Position numbers and translations under genes: made by a program. The notes below the pieces were generated by a model. The model was not told the origin of the DNA and did no database searches. It saw nothing but the letters and a program-made list of their open reading frames with translations. Positions 42,325-58,163 of a stretch of DNA of 64,000 bases are shown one piece after another. The stretch is from Octopus vulgaris (Eukaryota). The stretch spans positions 65,782,001 to 65,846,000 of the forward strand of contig OX597825.1 in the NCBI GenBank assembly GCA_951406725.2, in the 5' to 3' direction. Numbering within the stretch: position 1 is the stretch's first letter; each line of letters begins with the position of its first letter.

Positions 42325-42572
42325 TGCTCTTTCTCGAGCCATACCAGGCTCATAAGGGCCGGTTTCCCGGTTTCAGTGGCGTAGAAATACCCCACCTGGA
42401 CGGGACGCCGGACCGTCGCAGGATTACACATTTTTGCCAGCTTAGTGAACTGGAGCAACGTGAAAGGAAATGTTTTGCTCAAGAACACAACACATCGCCC
42501 GGTCCAGGAATCGAAACCACAACCTTACGATCATGAGTTTAACATCCTAACCACTAAGCCACGTGCCTCCAC
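42325..42572 (-). mobile_element. tRNA-derived SINE (family E)
   Basis: Head TGGCTTAGTGG / GTTTCGATTCC, central TTCACGTTGCTCCAGTTCAC, and a tail shared with family D. Confidence 0.85.
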
Positions 42573-43137
42573 TAAACATAGACATAGGTATATATAAAGA
42601 GAGATAGATAAACAGATATACATGCTTTAGTTTTCTTTCGGATTATACCTAATACTGAATAATTCAATGCATTTTTCCTTTATCAGAGAGAGAGGGTTAA
42701 GATTTTAGGCAAATATGCCTGCCATTTCTAGCAGGTTCACTGACTATTAGAGACTTCTACGTGTCACCTGATGTGTTCATTGAATTTGTTAACGTTTACA
42801 TCTCATCTCAGCCCATATTTTTGTTCCTGTTCCTATCTGTGAGAAGATACGAACTCTGCTTCACAAGCTACAAACCTGAACAACTATAGCAACGTTTTAC
42901 TCTGATCTCTGTTGGCCGGTAAATATAGTCCGCTTGTCGTTTGTTAAGTAAACTGTGTGTTTTTTTTTTCCTTCGATTAAATAATGCAAAGCAATTAAAA
43001 AGCTAAAGCTACATTAATATTAATGCGATATATTTGATGTCAGCCATTGGTGCAAACCAATAAGTCACTCTGTGTATTTTATAAATACACTAGAGCATCT
43101 TGTAAGATCTATTTCCTTCGAGGAAAATCGAATTAGA

Positions 43138-43255
<118 letters not shown>

Positions 43256-43569
43256 GAAACAAGACAAATAACACCAACAACTTTGTTTTTGTCAATTATC
43301 TTGGCAAGTCTTGAACATTTACTTAATGATTAAAATAGCGAAATAAAAGCTAAAAGTAAAACCATTTATCAAACATACTGAAATTATGGTAAATTGATTC
43401 TAATATAAAACCAGATAGAAAATAGATTTTATCAAAAATTAATTCTTCTTTTACACTGTTCACTATTTTGCTTTCTCACTTTTAAATATTACTGTTCACA
43501 CCGCTATGATATTTTCGTGTCTGTATGTGGGCGGGTATTTATATTCATAAGATTGTGTATAGTGCATGA

Positions 43570-43618
<49 letters not shown>

Positions 43619-43888
43619 CATGCGTGTATGTATGTGTGCGCGCGTGTGCGCGCGTGTGTGTGTGTGTGTGTGTCTTTCTCTCTCTCTGTCGCTATATATA
43701 TAATATATATATATGTGTGTATATACATATATATATTTGTATGTATATATATAAGTATATATATATATACATAAATACTTAAGCATGTGTGTGTGTGTGT
43801 GTGTAGGTATGTGTTTACGCACACATACACATAAGTGAAGTGCGTTAGATGAGCGAAGACTTGCGTAAAATAATTAGTTTTGATGTAT

Positions 43889-43943
<55 letters not shown>

Positions 43944-44261
43944 TAGATATATAGATATAGATATATAGATATAGATATATATGTTTGTATATATATATAT
44001 ATACATGTGTCTGTGTGTGTGTGTGCATGTGAGTGTATGCGTCTGTATGTATGTTCATGTGTGCATATGTGCCTGTGTGTATATGTAATAGTTTAATATT
44101 GCAATTAGATAAATTAAAATAACACATATACTCTTGAGTATGTAATATATATATCGAGAGAAAGATGGATAGAGAGAGGGAGGGAGAGAGAAAAGAGAAA
44201 AAAGGAAGAAAGACAGAAAGTAACAAAGATAGAGGGAGAGAGAGAGAAAGGAACATAGATG

Positions 44262-44326
<65 letters not shown>

Positions 44327-44346
44327 TAAAAGAGAAAGATAGATAT

Positions 44347-44900
44347 GTTTCTTTATTAGCCACACAGGGCTGCACACAGATAGAACAAATTACAAGGTAG
44401 AGCTTTTCTTTTGAAGGTTTAAAAAAAAAAAGAAAAAAAAAAGGAAGGGGGAGTTTCGATCAAAAGGGATCGTAAAAGGAGAGAAAGAGGACAAAAAAAG
44501 GGGGTTAAAAAAAGGGGAGAGGAAAAAAAAATTGATCAATAGGGATCGTTATCACAGAAATGTCAATATGAAGTGTAAAGGGGTGGACAGGTGAGGTTTA
44601 CCCGTGGAAAGAAAAGCCTACGGAAAAGACCACGGTAATTCGGTCAATGGAGTCACATGTTATATTTCTTTTTTTTTTTTGAATAAGCAACTCTCTGTTT
44701 TCAATTTCTGGGTTCATAGGATTATGCTCAAGGTGGCTTCGTCATTCATACGTGCCATTCTTGCTACATTCACCCATCTTTTTTTAAAACATTCGCTAGA
44801 CAAAACTTGCCTCTCTACTCTCACTTTCCTTTTCAAGTGGTACTTGAAGAAGTTGATGAGAGATTGACCAGAGAGGAAAGTGTTTGTCTCCAATCCTTTC

Positions 44901-44902
<2 letters not shown>
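44347..44902 (-). mobile_element. 5'-truncated Tx1/L1-like LINE 3' end inserted in (GATA)n
   Basis: Open 62-aa tail at 44902-44714 (LKGLETNTFLSGQSLINFFKYHLKRKVRVERQVLSSECFKKRWVNVARM...) resembles Tx1-type ORF2 ends. A pyrimidine-rich 3' UTR ends AATAAAGAAAC, then TATC repeats. GATA arrays lie on both sides. Confidence 0.7.
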
Positions 44903-44994
<92 letters not shown>

Positions 44995-45214
44995 AGTGCT
45001 TGTGTATTCACGTAACAGAAAGGCTCATGAGCGTGGTTCGTGCCAAATTTAAATATAAATATGGCAAACTTTAAGCAGTATATTGAATACACTGGGTCGA
45101 GAGCTCGTCGCTTATAAACTAATATATGATGTATACCCAACTACGATACAGTTGAACATTTTCTACAAATTTTGAATTATACTGAATGAGCAGTTTCCTC
45201 TCGCATATATGTGA

Positions 45215-45545
45215 ACATATATGTGAAATTCCTTATACGAAAAGCAGATCTCAAAGTATACAGCCACATAAACTACAGTAGTAGTACTTCCACCCAACAA
45301 ATACTTGGTTTCGCAGCTCAGATTTGCTCAATAGAGTTCAGTTTTATGAAATATTTCAAGGAAAAATTCATCAACACGATAAAAAATGTTTTAACATTAT
45401 ATAAACAGCGTCCAAAACGAATTGACATCAGCCACAGTATTACTAAGCATATCAGAAAATGCTCATATTTTGCTGAGAAAATAAGAACTATGTACAAAAC
45501 AACATGGCTACCAAAACTACGAACACTACCTATAGAAAGAAAAAT
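45215..45545 (+). pseudogene. Possible degenerate Penelope RT C-terminal region
   Basis: YSHINYSSS...FAAQICSI weakly resembles YLHYSSCHP...LARRICTI. Confidence 0.3.
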
Positions 45546-46004
45546 ATAACTGTAACAGACAAAACATACACGAGACAGAAGAAGAAAGCAATGAGGACAA
45601 AGATACACGAATTGCAAAAACACAAACGGAAAGAAACGTCAGGGATTTTATAGATGGCGTCACTCTTCCTTGCATGAAAATTTAGTTGGAAGCTTAGACA
45701 AGGAGCATTTTTCCTCGGAAAAAAGGTCTCTACAATAGGCCATATTACACGAACCACCGTATTTCCCTTCTTCATGTTGCAGTCTCAACTAATGAAGCAC
45801 AATGATCTCGACTGTGCTTCATTAACCTCTGATTATTTCTAAAAACGTGTTAAAACATCCTCTGAGACGGTATCGTTTTTATAGTCCTAGTCGGTTTTCT
45901 TTTTAATTCGAAGCCCATCCAAATATATTATCTCAACCCTTCACTCACCATTAGCTTAGCCATGTGCCTTTAGTAGTAAAGGTTATTATTTTTGTTATTT
46001 TGTT

Positions 46005-46424
46005 ATTAAGCACGCAGCGCAAAATTCTTAACGACATTTTGCCCGTACTTACGTTCCGAGTTCAAATTCTACCGAGGTCGTTGCTTTTGCCTTTCATCCT
46101 TTCGAGGTCGACGAAACAAGTAGCATTTGAACACTGGGGTCGATGTAATCGATTTACCCTCCTCCTCGAAATTGCTGGCCTTGTGCCAAAATTTGAAACC
46201 CTTATTAAGGTGGCGAGATGGCAGAATCGTTAGTACGCTGGGCGAAATGCTTAGCAATATTCCGCCGTCCGTCCTTAGGGTCTGAACTCAAATTCCACCA
46301 AGGTCAACTTTGCCTTTCATCTTTTTGGAATCGATATAACAGGTACCAGTCATGCACTGGGTTGATGTAATCATCTAGCCGCACCCCCACAAAATTTCAG
46401 GCCCTTGTGCCTTTATTAGAAAGG

Positions 46425-46425
<1 letters not shown>
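46005..46425 (+). mobile_element. Two tandem SINE family B copies; the last supplies the (TAT)n tail next to the Dong element
   Basis: Family B cores at 46050-46200 and 46207-46425, ending GAAAGGATTATT. Confidence 0.8.
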
Positions 46426-46472
<47 letters not shown>

Positions 46473-46509
46473 ATTATTATTATTATTATCATTATTACTA
46501 TTATTATTA

Positions 46510-48730
<2,221 letters not shown>

Positions 48731-48760
48731 TATTATTATTATTATTATTATCATTATTAC

Positions 48761-48797
<37 letters not shown>

Positions 48798-48843
48798 GAT
48801 ATTATTATTATTATTACTATTATTATTATTATTATCATTACGT

Positions 48844-49350
48844 AAGGCGGCGAGGTTACAGCACGCCGAGCAAAATGCTTAGTGGTATTTCGTCTGCGTT
48901 ACGTTATGAGTTCGAATTCCGCCGAGGCGCCGAGGCGGCGAGCTGGCAGAAACGTTAGCACGCCGGGCGAAATGCTTAGCAGTATTTCGTCTGCGTTACG
49001 TTGTGAGTTCGAATTCCGCCGAAGTCGACTTTGCCTTTCATCCTTTCCGGGTCGATAAATTAAGTACCAGTTACGCACTGGGGTCGATGTAATCGACTTA
49101 ATACCTATGTCTGTCCTTGTTTGTCCTCTCTGTGTTTAGCCCCTTGTGGGTAATAAAGAAATATGTATTTCGTCTGTCCTTACGGTCTGAGTTCAAATTC
49201 TGCCAAGGTCGACTTTACCGTTCAACCTTTTGATGAAATAAGTACCAGTTACGCACTGGGGTCGATGTAATCGTCTAGCCCCCCCCACACACACACACAC
49301 ACACACTCTCCCCCGCAATTTCAGGCTTTGTGTCTTCAGTAGAAAGGATT
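48844..49350 (+). mobile_element. Nested/tandem SINE family B cluster
   Basis: Truncated head 48844-48930, full copy 48933-49165, terminal unit 49166-49350. Confidence 0.85.
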
Positions 49351-50039
49351 ATTGTTATTATTATTATTATTATTATTATCATTATTACGATGACGACAAT
49401 GAGATAACTGAGGGTGATGACGACAACGAGGACAACGACGACACCGATGGCAGCGGCAACGATAACAATAAACTAGAGAACGATGATAATGATGGCAACA
49501 ACAGACAAAAGGATAACAAGAAAATGTTTAAGTCAGCTTTCCTTTTATAAGTTTTATCTTGAAGAAGATTTATCTACTTAGGCACATTTTCTGTATTCGG
49601 ACGTAGTAATTATTTAATAGCGAACGCGATATAATTTATGATATTGTCAATGGAACGATTGTATGAAATGAGCTAAAAAGTCACCACGGCAATTACTCGA
49701 GTCGATATTTCACCATCGTAGAATTTTTTTTTTTTTTTTAGCATTTCTTAACTCATGTCATCTATGATCAGCACATAACATCTATTGTTCTAGAATGTTC
49801 TCAAGAGATACATGGCTTCGTGATATGAATTTAGTACTTTTATTTGAGGTTCTTTTAGTGTGTGTGTGACGTTAATCCTAGCTAGACTTGTCAGTGAGAA
49901 GCCATTGATTTAGAGAGCTGAACAAGGGAGATTAATTTATGTTTGTTTATAGACGGAGAAAAGGGTTGGGGCTGGGAGGAACTTGGTGGACTTGGATCGG
50001 TGGGAGTGGAAAAAGAGAGAACTATGTTTAGATAGATAG

Positions 50040-50083
<44 letters not shown>

Positions 50084-51278
50084 GCATACATAGATGAAAA
50101 TATATATTGTCTCAACAGATTCAGTCACTGAAATGCAACCACGTATAAATGTATGTGTGTGCATGTATGTATGTATGCATATATGTGTCTCTGTTTGTAT
50201 ATGTGTATGTATAGCAAGTATTATCCCAAAGGCAATGAGACTATACAATACACATATAAAACGTTAAATATTTATCTTAATATGACAATTATAGTCAACA
50301 ATAAGCCTTCAGAACACATTTGAACGTAGTAATCATTCGATGAATAACGAAGAATAACTCTAGCGCTATGACAATTAAAATAGTGATATGAATTTTCATC
50401 TATGCTGGCCTCGTTTAAGAGCTTTTTATTTATATTTATTTCAAATAGGCTGATTCTTTTGATTCTGAGCTCGAGAGATGGTAAAAGCAAACGGTTGAAA
50501 AAAATTGAATACAATATGCATCTAGCGTGCATTTAACTATTTTCATTACAAGTAATTGTCTATTTAAACAGGTATTGTAACGGTTTTTATCATTTATTGT
50601 GCGCGCGCGTATCTGTGTGTAAGTGCTTGGCCTTCTGGTTAGGTTGTTTGGCTCGCGATCACAATGTCGTCAGTTCATTTCCCGGTCACACGTTGTGTCC
50701 TTTATTTCACGTCACTCGTGTTCTCTCAGCTTGAAAATATGAGGTGCGCATGTAATTGTATATAAGTTACTTGAAGTTCAAACGAAAAAAAGAATTAGGG
50801 TTGTGAGGGAGTAACTATTAGGTTAATATAATGGGGGAAAAGATCTATCATTAGTTAAAAAGCATTATATTCGTTTGTGTGAAATAAGTCTAAGAGGAAG
50901 GACTGAAAAAAGAAGAATGGTTGTTAATATTACAGATTCGAGAAAGGAAATACTTGCTGTGGTTAAGATTATTGAAAATAACACATACGGTGATAAATGA
51001 ATGTTTTTGAGATGTTGAATAAGGTAACAATGTAGGGGAGATAAGGCTAAGATAAACTCGTAAGAAAGATTTTTCGAAGAATTACACGTTTCTATTTTTA
51101 ATGTTAACTATGTTAGATATTATAAAATTACAATATGAATTGAGAATCTAGTTCTGGATAAAAGAGGTAAAAATCCGTAGTGATATTTTTATAAATAATT
51201 TTCTAACTTATGTAACGTAGTGATAAGAGTGAAAGTAAGAAATGTATTATATATATATATATACATATACATATGTAC

Positions 51279-51360
<82 letters not shown>

Positions 51361-51361
51361 A

Positions 51362-51429
<68 letters not shown>

Positions 51430-51466
51430 TGAGGGAATATTATATGCCAAACTTACAGGGAAAAAT

Positions 51467-51500
<34 letters not shown>

Positions 51501-51502
<2 letters not shown>

Positions 51503-51955
51503 ACAAAAAAGACGTGTTTATTAATTGACATGAGTATCCCTTACGATTGCAATATAGCGGCGAAAGAATTTGACAAGATTAGTAAATATAAAGACCTTCT
51601 AATAGAAATTGAAAAAATGTGGTATCTCAAGGCGACTACAGTACCAGTGATTGTAGGATCTCTGGGAATGATAAAAAAAGGTACTGAAACCTATTTGAAA
51701 ATGATTCCAGGCTTACCATCCCTACACGAAGTGCAAAAAATCGTATACGGCTCATGTACTGAGAGGAGCATTATCGCTGTGAAAAACAACATCCATCCAT
51801 GAATTTATTTATTTATTAATTTTTAAATACATATTTTATCTGTGAACTTGCGTGTGTAATCTGGGAATGCATACAATGAGCTTCTCTGCCCTAGGTGTAT
51901 GGAAAACACCCGGCGAGAAACGGAAGAAAATTTGAAGAAAGAAGGAAAAAACATA
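51501..51955 (+). mobile_element. Second, short 5'-truncated Dong/R4 copy (REL C-terminus + 3' UTR)
   Basis: LLIDMSIPYDCNIAAKEFDKISKYKDLLIEIEKMW...LPSLHEVQKIV matches the C-terminus of the 46725 ORF. The 3' UTR (GCCCTAGG...GAAGAAAATTTGAA) is homologous and ends in TAATAATAAT. Confidence 0.88.
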
Positions 51956-52339
51956 ATAATAATAGGTGAGAGAAGGCTGTATCTAAGCACATATTGCCAA
52001 AAAAAATAGATTACATACAAATAATGTACACATATATATGTGTGTGTGTATTAAGTAATGGTCCAAAAATTGTCTAAAATATATATATTGAAAAATAGGG
52101 GAAGGTATATGAATATTTGGTATAGGTGTCATATTAATAAAATGAGGATCATACAATATGGGGGGATGGTTGAATAACATATTAATATCCAAGCAGTGTA
52201 AGATAATTAATGTAGAGAGTATTATAGAATAGAAATCAGATACATAGGTAGTAATAATGTTGAGAGAGGTATTATACAAGAAACTAAATTATAAGGAGAA
52301 GGAATAAGATACAAGTAGTTAAGGTAGGCGGTGGAAAGA

Positions 52340-52603
52340 TTATCTAAGATTAATAAAAAGGAATTTTGACATATGTCTGCAAGAAAAATCTTTTTCATTT
52401 CTCGAATTATCAAGAAAGCTATTCATTTTCATTATTTTGTAACTTTCTTCTAGGCATAAATTGCAGATCTTGTTATTATTAGGTCTATAAGATGGAGCTG
52501 AAAAAAGTATTTTCCAAGAAATCGAGTAATATATATTGCTTCTTTTCAGTTGTCAAATCATATATAAATTTAAATATAGCTATAATGTCCCATTGGATGC
52601 TTA

Positions 52604-52605
<2 letters not shown>
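52340..52605 (-). pseudogene. Penelope-like element GIY-YIG endonuclease C-terminal remnant
   Basis: KFIYDL...[21 protein letters not shown]...NSRNEKDFSCRHMSKFLF matches the CxLCLxE...NxRxE...CRH motif of PLE endonucleases. Confidence 0.75.
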
Positions 52606-52653
<48 letters not shown>

Positions 52654-52664
52654 ATATACATATG

Positions 52665-52720
<56 letters not shown>

Positions 52721-52759
52721 CATATATATATATACATAAATATATATAGACATACATAT

Positions 52760-52973
52760 AGTGTAGCCACTACACACATTTTTCTCTCCTTTTTTTCTCT
52801 CCTTTTTTCTCTCCTTGTTTCACTCCTTGTTTTTTCTGTGTCCCTTTCTGTAGAAGAGCGTAGGCTCTAAACGTAAAATACTTTTTCTATTTCTGAGCGC
52901 TATACTAATACATCTGTTTGTTTTGTACACCACCTGTCTTCGTCTTTTGTTTATTTTCGTAAAATTTCCCTTT
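52760..52973 (+). mobile_element. PLE-like pLTR remnant in (TA)n
   Basis: Pyrimidine-rich leader, hammerhead remnant and T-rich tail; same layout as 23590-23790 on the minus strand. Confidence 0.5.
52844..52878 (+). ncRNA. Mutated hammerhead of the same family as 23702
   Basis: cttt-CTGTAGA-A-GAGC(gtag)GCTC-TAAA-CGTA-aaa has two core substitutions. Confidence 0.5.
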
Positions 52974-52983
52974 ATATATATAT

Positions 52984-53048
52984 AGGTGGTGCTATTAAGT
53001 TAGACATGGCCTGGGCCAATAATGGCCGAAACCTATCAAAGTAACAAA

Positions 53049-53049
<1 letters not shown>
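52984..53049 (+). mobile_element. 66-bp extreme 5'-truncated copy of the same CR1 3' end in (TA)n
   Basis: 65/66 identical to 26251-26316; flanked by TA repeats. Confidence 0.9.
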
Positions 53050-53087
<38 letters not shown>

Positions 53088-53530
53088 ATATTTTACTTCT
53101 TATGATAAATGTTTTATATGGGATATACATCAGTTAATTACTTATCTTCATATAAAGAGAATGTTTCTTAAACATTTTTCCCTTATATTTTCAAACAACC
53201 GTTAGCCGCATCACTTATAATTCATACACCATTAGACTCAGCACTATCTCACCATGTTTTTATCTTTCATATGCATATTATGGATATCCGAATATGGTAT
53301 GTGACACTCAATCCATCTAGTCTTCTGTAACAATATAATAGTCTTCTGATGCATTCTTTTTGATGTATTCTTTTTTTCGCATTGCGGAGAACAGTAATAT
53401 GTATTTAATGTATTAATAATTATAATCAAATTAATTTCTAATTTGTTTTCCATGTTATTTACATCTTAATATTACCGTTGGAAAGGATCGTATGCATGGA
53501 TTAAAATATTTTAAAACTTATATATATAAC

Positions 53531-53614
<84 letters not shown>

Positions 53615-53616
<2 letters not shown>

Positions 53617-54067
53617 GAGTAATTGGGAATATTATTCCAAGCCTTACAGGGAAAATTCAATTTAACAATTTTAAATCAAATTTCACAATATAGAATATAT
53701 GTATATACTTTAGAGAAAAACTGCTATTAAACAATTCAATAATGAAAGATGTTATTCACACCATATAGAAAACATATACTATAAAAACCTTATTCTAAAA
53801 ATTAATAAAGCACAATAAATAGTAAATAGTAGTAAAAAGACTACGCGCGTTTCGTGGCTATATTATCAATCATAAACCAGGGATATCTGTTACCTCATTC
53901 TAGAGCTTTAGGCTAAGATGGTGTGCTACATTTTGCTCGTTTACTCGATTTCTACTGGTCCCTTACATATATTTGATAATTAGTATAAGTTAAGTAAATT
54001 TATTCTATTATTATTTTATTGTTATTTATTATTTTAGACCTGATGAATGACAATATTTTTAAATAGA

Positions 54068-54070
<3 letters not shown>
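53615..54070. mobile_element. Probable PLE-like remnant
   Basis: The start GGGAATATTATTCCAAGCCTTACAGGGAAAA is shared with 51433-51468. The minus strand has a GAAACGCGCGTA hammerhead 3' half at about 53842-53853. Confidence 0.4.
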
Positions 54071-54098
<28 letters not shown>

Positions 54099-54102
<4 letters not shown>

Positions 54103-54362
54103 TCGCCATACTAATATGGCATTCTTATAAAAATAAGAATAAAGCTGTCCGCTTATTAGCTCCATGAGGCCATCGCCTTAAGTTAGCTATTTGATACACA
54201 AACTGTATCCATATAACCTTCGAACAAGGGAGGTCAGTCGCTCCACACTACTTGACCGGCAGCTACAGACGCGTTTCGGGGTATTGCCCTTTTCAATGCA
54301 GCGTTTTCCGGGAACGCTGCCGTTGTTCTCTTTTAGAGAGTACTTAGTAATTTTAATATTTC

Positions 54363-54365
<3 letters not shown>
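54099..54365 (-). mobile_element. Short hammerhead-bearing insert (PLE pLTR/retrozyme-like) in (TA)n
   Basis: Unique ~265-bp segment between two TA arrays, containing the 54262 ribozyme. Confidence 0.6.
54262..54302 (-). ncRNA. Minimal type I hammerhead ribozyme, U3:A8 core variant
   Basis: Minus strand gctgca-TTGAAAA-GGG(caatac)CCC-GAAA-CGCG-TC-tgtagc gives a 6-bp stem I, 3-bp stem II, palindromic stem III ACGCGT and a GUC cleavage triplet. Confidence 0.75.
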
Positions 54366-54458
<93 letters not shown>

Positions 54459-54754
54459 TGAAGGATGAAAATTAATCAAAGAAGATACTAAGTATGTCTA
54501 CCTGCTGGAAATATCAGTCAAAATACGCTGATGATAAACTACAGAAATCAATTGTCCAAAGACAAACGGGCTAAGACAATTTCTCATCATACATTCAAGT
54601 ATATGGACTTACGTGGAGTGATTTCTGGACTGGCATAATAGCCTAACCTTCCAAGGTACGCGGGCCTGCAATCGCCTATATTATTGATTCTGTTATTATC
54701 ATGAAATATTTTTAGATAATCGTGAATTATTTAAATTATTTTTCGTATTTTCTC

Positions 54755-54807
<53 letters not shown>

Positions 54808-54889
54808 TATACATATATGTATATACGTATATAGAGTATATACATATGTGTATGTGCATACATACATTCATACATGTATACATATTATG

Positions 54890-54941
<52 letters not shown>

Positions 54942-55282
54942 CATATACATATATATATATTTGTATATACATATATATGCATACATGTATGCCTGTATAT
55001 GTATGCCAGAAGAGACAGATTTCCGCATGTATTCAGTCTCCCTGTACCTAGCTCCTTCGGAAGGTATTTATAGGCCCGGAACTGGAGCAGAAAACAATTG
55101 CTCAAAGTACGACGCAGTGGAAGTGAATCTGAAAGCAGATGTATGTTAATATATCCCGTGAGACAGAATTCTGCTCTGAGTCAGAATAAAAGCAGGCCTC
55201 AGAACACACCACTAGAATGCAGCCAACATAGCTATTAATTACAACTTTCATTACAGACTTACTATAAATGCAAGTGTATATT

Positions 55283-55370
<88 letters not shown>

Positions 55371-55372
<2 letters not shown>

Positions 55373-55768
55373 CGCAGGAGTGGCTGTGTGGTAAGTAGCT
55401 TGCTAACCAACCACATGGTTCCGGGTTCAGTCCACTGCGTGGCATCTTGGGCAAGTGTTTTCTGCTATAACCCCGGGCCGACCAATGCCTTGTGAGTGGA
55501 TTTGGTAGACGGAAACTGAAAGAAGCCTGTCGTATATATGTATATATATATATATGTATTTGTATGTGTGTGTGTTTGTGTGTCTGTCCCCTAGCATTGC
55601 TTGACAACCGATGCTGGCGTGTTTACGTCCCCGTCACTTAGCGGTTCGGCAAAAGAGACCGATAGAATAAGTACTGGGCTTACAAAGAATAAGTCCCGGG
55701 GTTGATTTGCTCGACTAAAGGCGGTGTTCCAGCATGGCCGCAGTCGGATGACTGAAACAAGTAAAAGA

Positions 55769-55771
<3 letters not shown>
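55371..55771 (+). mobile_element. SINE family A, young full-length copy in (TA)n
   Basis: GGCGCAGGAGTGGCTGTGTGGTAAG...GAAACAAGTAAAAGAG. Confidence 0.92.
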
Positions 55772-55831
<60 letters not shown>

Positions 55832-56065
55832 TATATATGTGTATATGCATATATACATATACAAACATATATATGTAAGTATGTATGTATGTATGTGTAT
55901 ATAGGAGTAGTAAAAACAATATGGTAACAGAGAATCAAGCGGCATTCATAGTAAGCATTTCATTTGGACTCGGCTATAATGTCCGGCGACCAAATTATTT
56001 GTGCTTATGTATGCAGCATGTGGAATAATGATTTTAATGTGTGTGCGTATATATATATATATCTG

Positions 56066-56109
<44 letters not shown>

Positions 56110-56200
56110 ATTTATGTATGTATGTGTGTGCATATATATACACACACAAACATATTCATACACACACCCATATGTATATATATATATATATATATATACA

Positions 56201-56236
<36 letters not shown>

Positions 56237-56456
56237 TGTATGTATGTATGTATGTATATATGTATATATACGTGTTCGTTTTTTATGTTCGGTTATAATA
56301 AAAACGATTTTTTATTAATCTGATGGGATTACTCTGTACTTTTGTAGAACACAAATTTATTATTTTTAGCCAGAATATTATTGACAATGACTTCGAAGTT
56401 TCGGCCAGCTGAGCCATCGTCCACACGCGTACACACACGCGCACACACGCACACAT

Positions 56457-56550
<94 letters not shown>

Positions 56551-57243
56551 AGCGAGAGAGAAAGAGAAAGAGAGAGAGAAGAAACTAAATTAGTTTATTC
56601 ATGTATGACTGCATGACCGCTAATTTATAAAATTTATACACACACATACACACACACACACTCCTACATACTCATACATACATACATACATACATACATA
56701 CATACATACATACATACATACATACATACACACATACATACATACATACATACATACATAATAGGTACACATGCATACATATATATATACATACACACAT
56801 ACATTCATAAATACATACATACATATCTAATATACGTGTGCAATTAGTGTGTGCATATGTATATACCAACACAAGACAACGGACCAATATTTCAACAGCC
56901 AATTAGTTAGAAATTTGCTTTGAAAATTAGTCACGAAGAACCTGCTATAATTATAATATTTACAGCTAAATGCTTCCCTTGCATGCAATGTATGAGACGA
57001 AAATCAAAAAGAAATTTCACCAAAAATGTAGAGAGCAAAATTGCTACTCTGTAGGCCAGGAACTAAAACAAGCTAATGAAAGAAAGTATTGAATGGAAAT
57101 AGTATCGATTATGGAACCTATTGCCGACATCATTTAAATATGACTTAGCTCTTTTGAACAGCTTTAAAAGCCGCTCATTGAAGCAATACTTGAACATATT
57201 AAGTTGAAACCAATTACATCGACTGTGGCAAATTCATCTTACT

Positions 57244-57283
<40 letters not shown>

Positions 57284-57564
57284 GGGGGAGAAATAGCGAA
57301 GAGAGAAAAAGAAGGAGCGTTATGAGATGTGAGGGGAAACGGGAGATCCTGAATAATTAATTTATATCTCAGAGATGGCTGAAAAGGATAAAATTTGGTG
57401 AATAGGATACTTCGTCTGAATAACATGCCGATTAAAAACTTATTAATTAAGATCATTAGCAATGAAAGAAATATATTGTAATGTTCTTCCAACCAACACA
57501 GTCCCCTTCTTTGAATGTATTGGATTTCATTTTCCGTCGCCGTGTTTAAATCGAAAAACAATTA

Positions 57565-57598
<34 letters not shown>

Positions 57599-57814
57599 GA
57601 GAAGGGACTATACTGTTACACTGTGTTGTTGCTACTGTTGCTATTGGAATGAAATCCTCGGACGGCTCTTCATAAAGGGGGGAATGTGTATATACAGCGT
57701 TCGCCAACATAGAGATGAAAACACATACTCAAACGTACATGTGTTCGCACGCAAAAAGATATCTACATTCGTATCTGTATACATGTGTGTGTGTATGTGT
57801 ATGTATGTATTCGT

Positions 57815-58163
<349 letters not shown>

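Noticed and set aside
54525-54560. CTGATGA...GAAA..GTC as a hammerhead
   Set aside because: Stems I and II do not pair; the same applies to ~33815.
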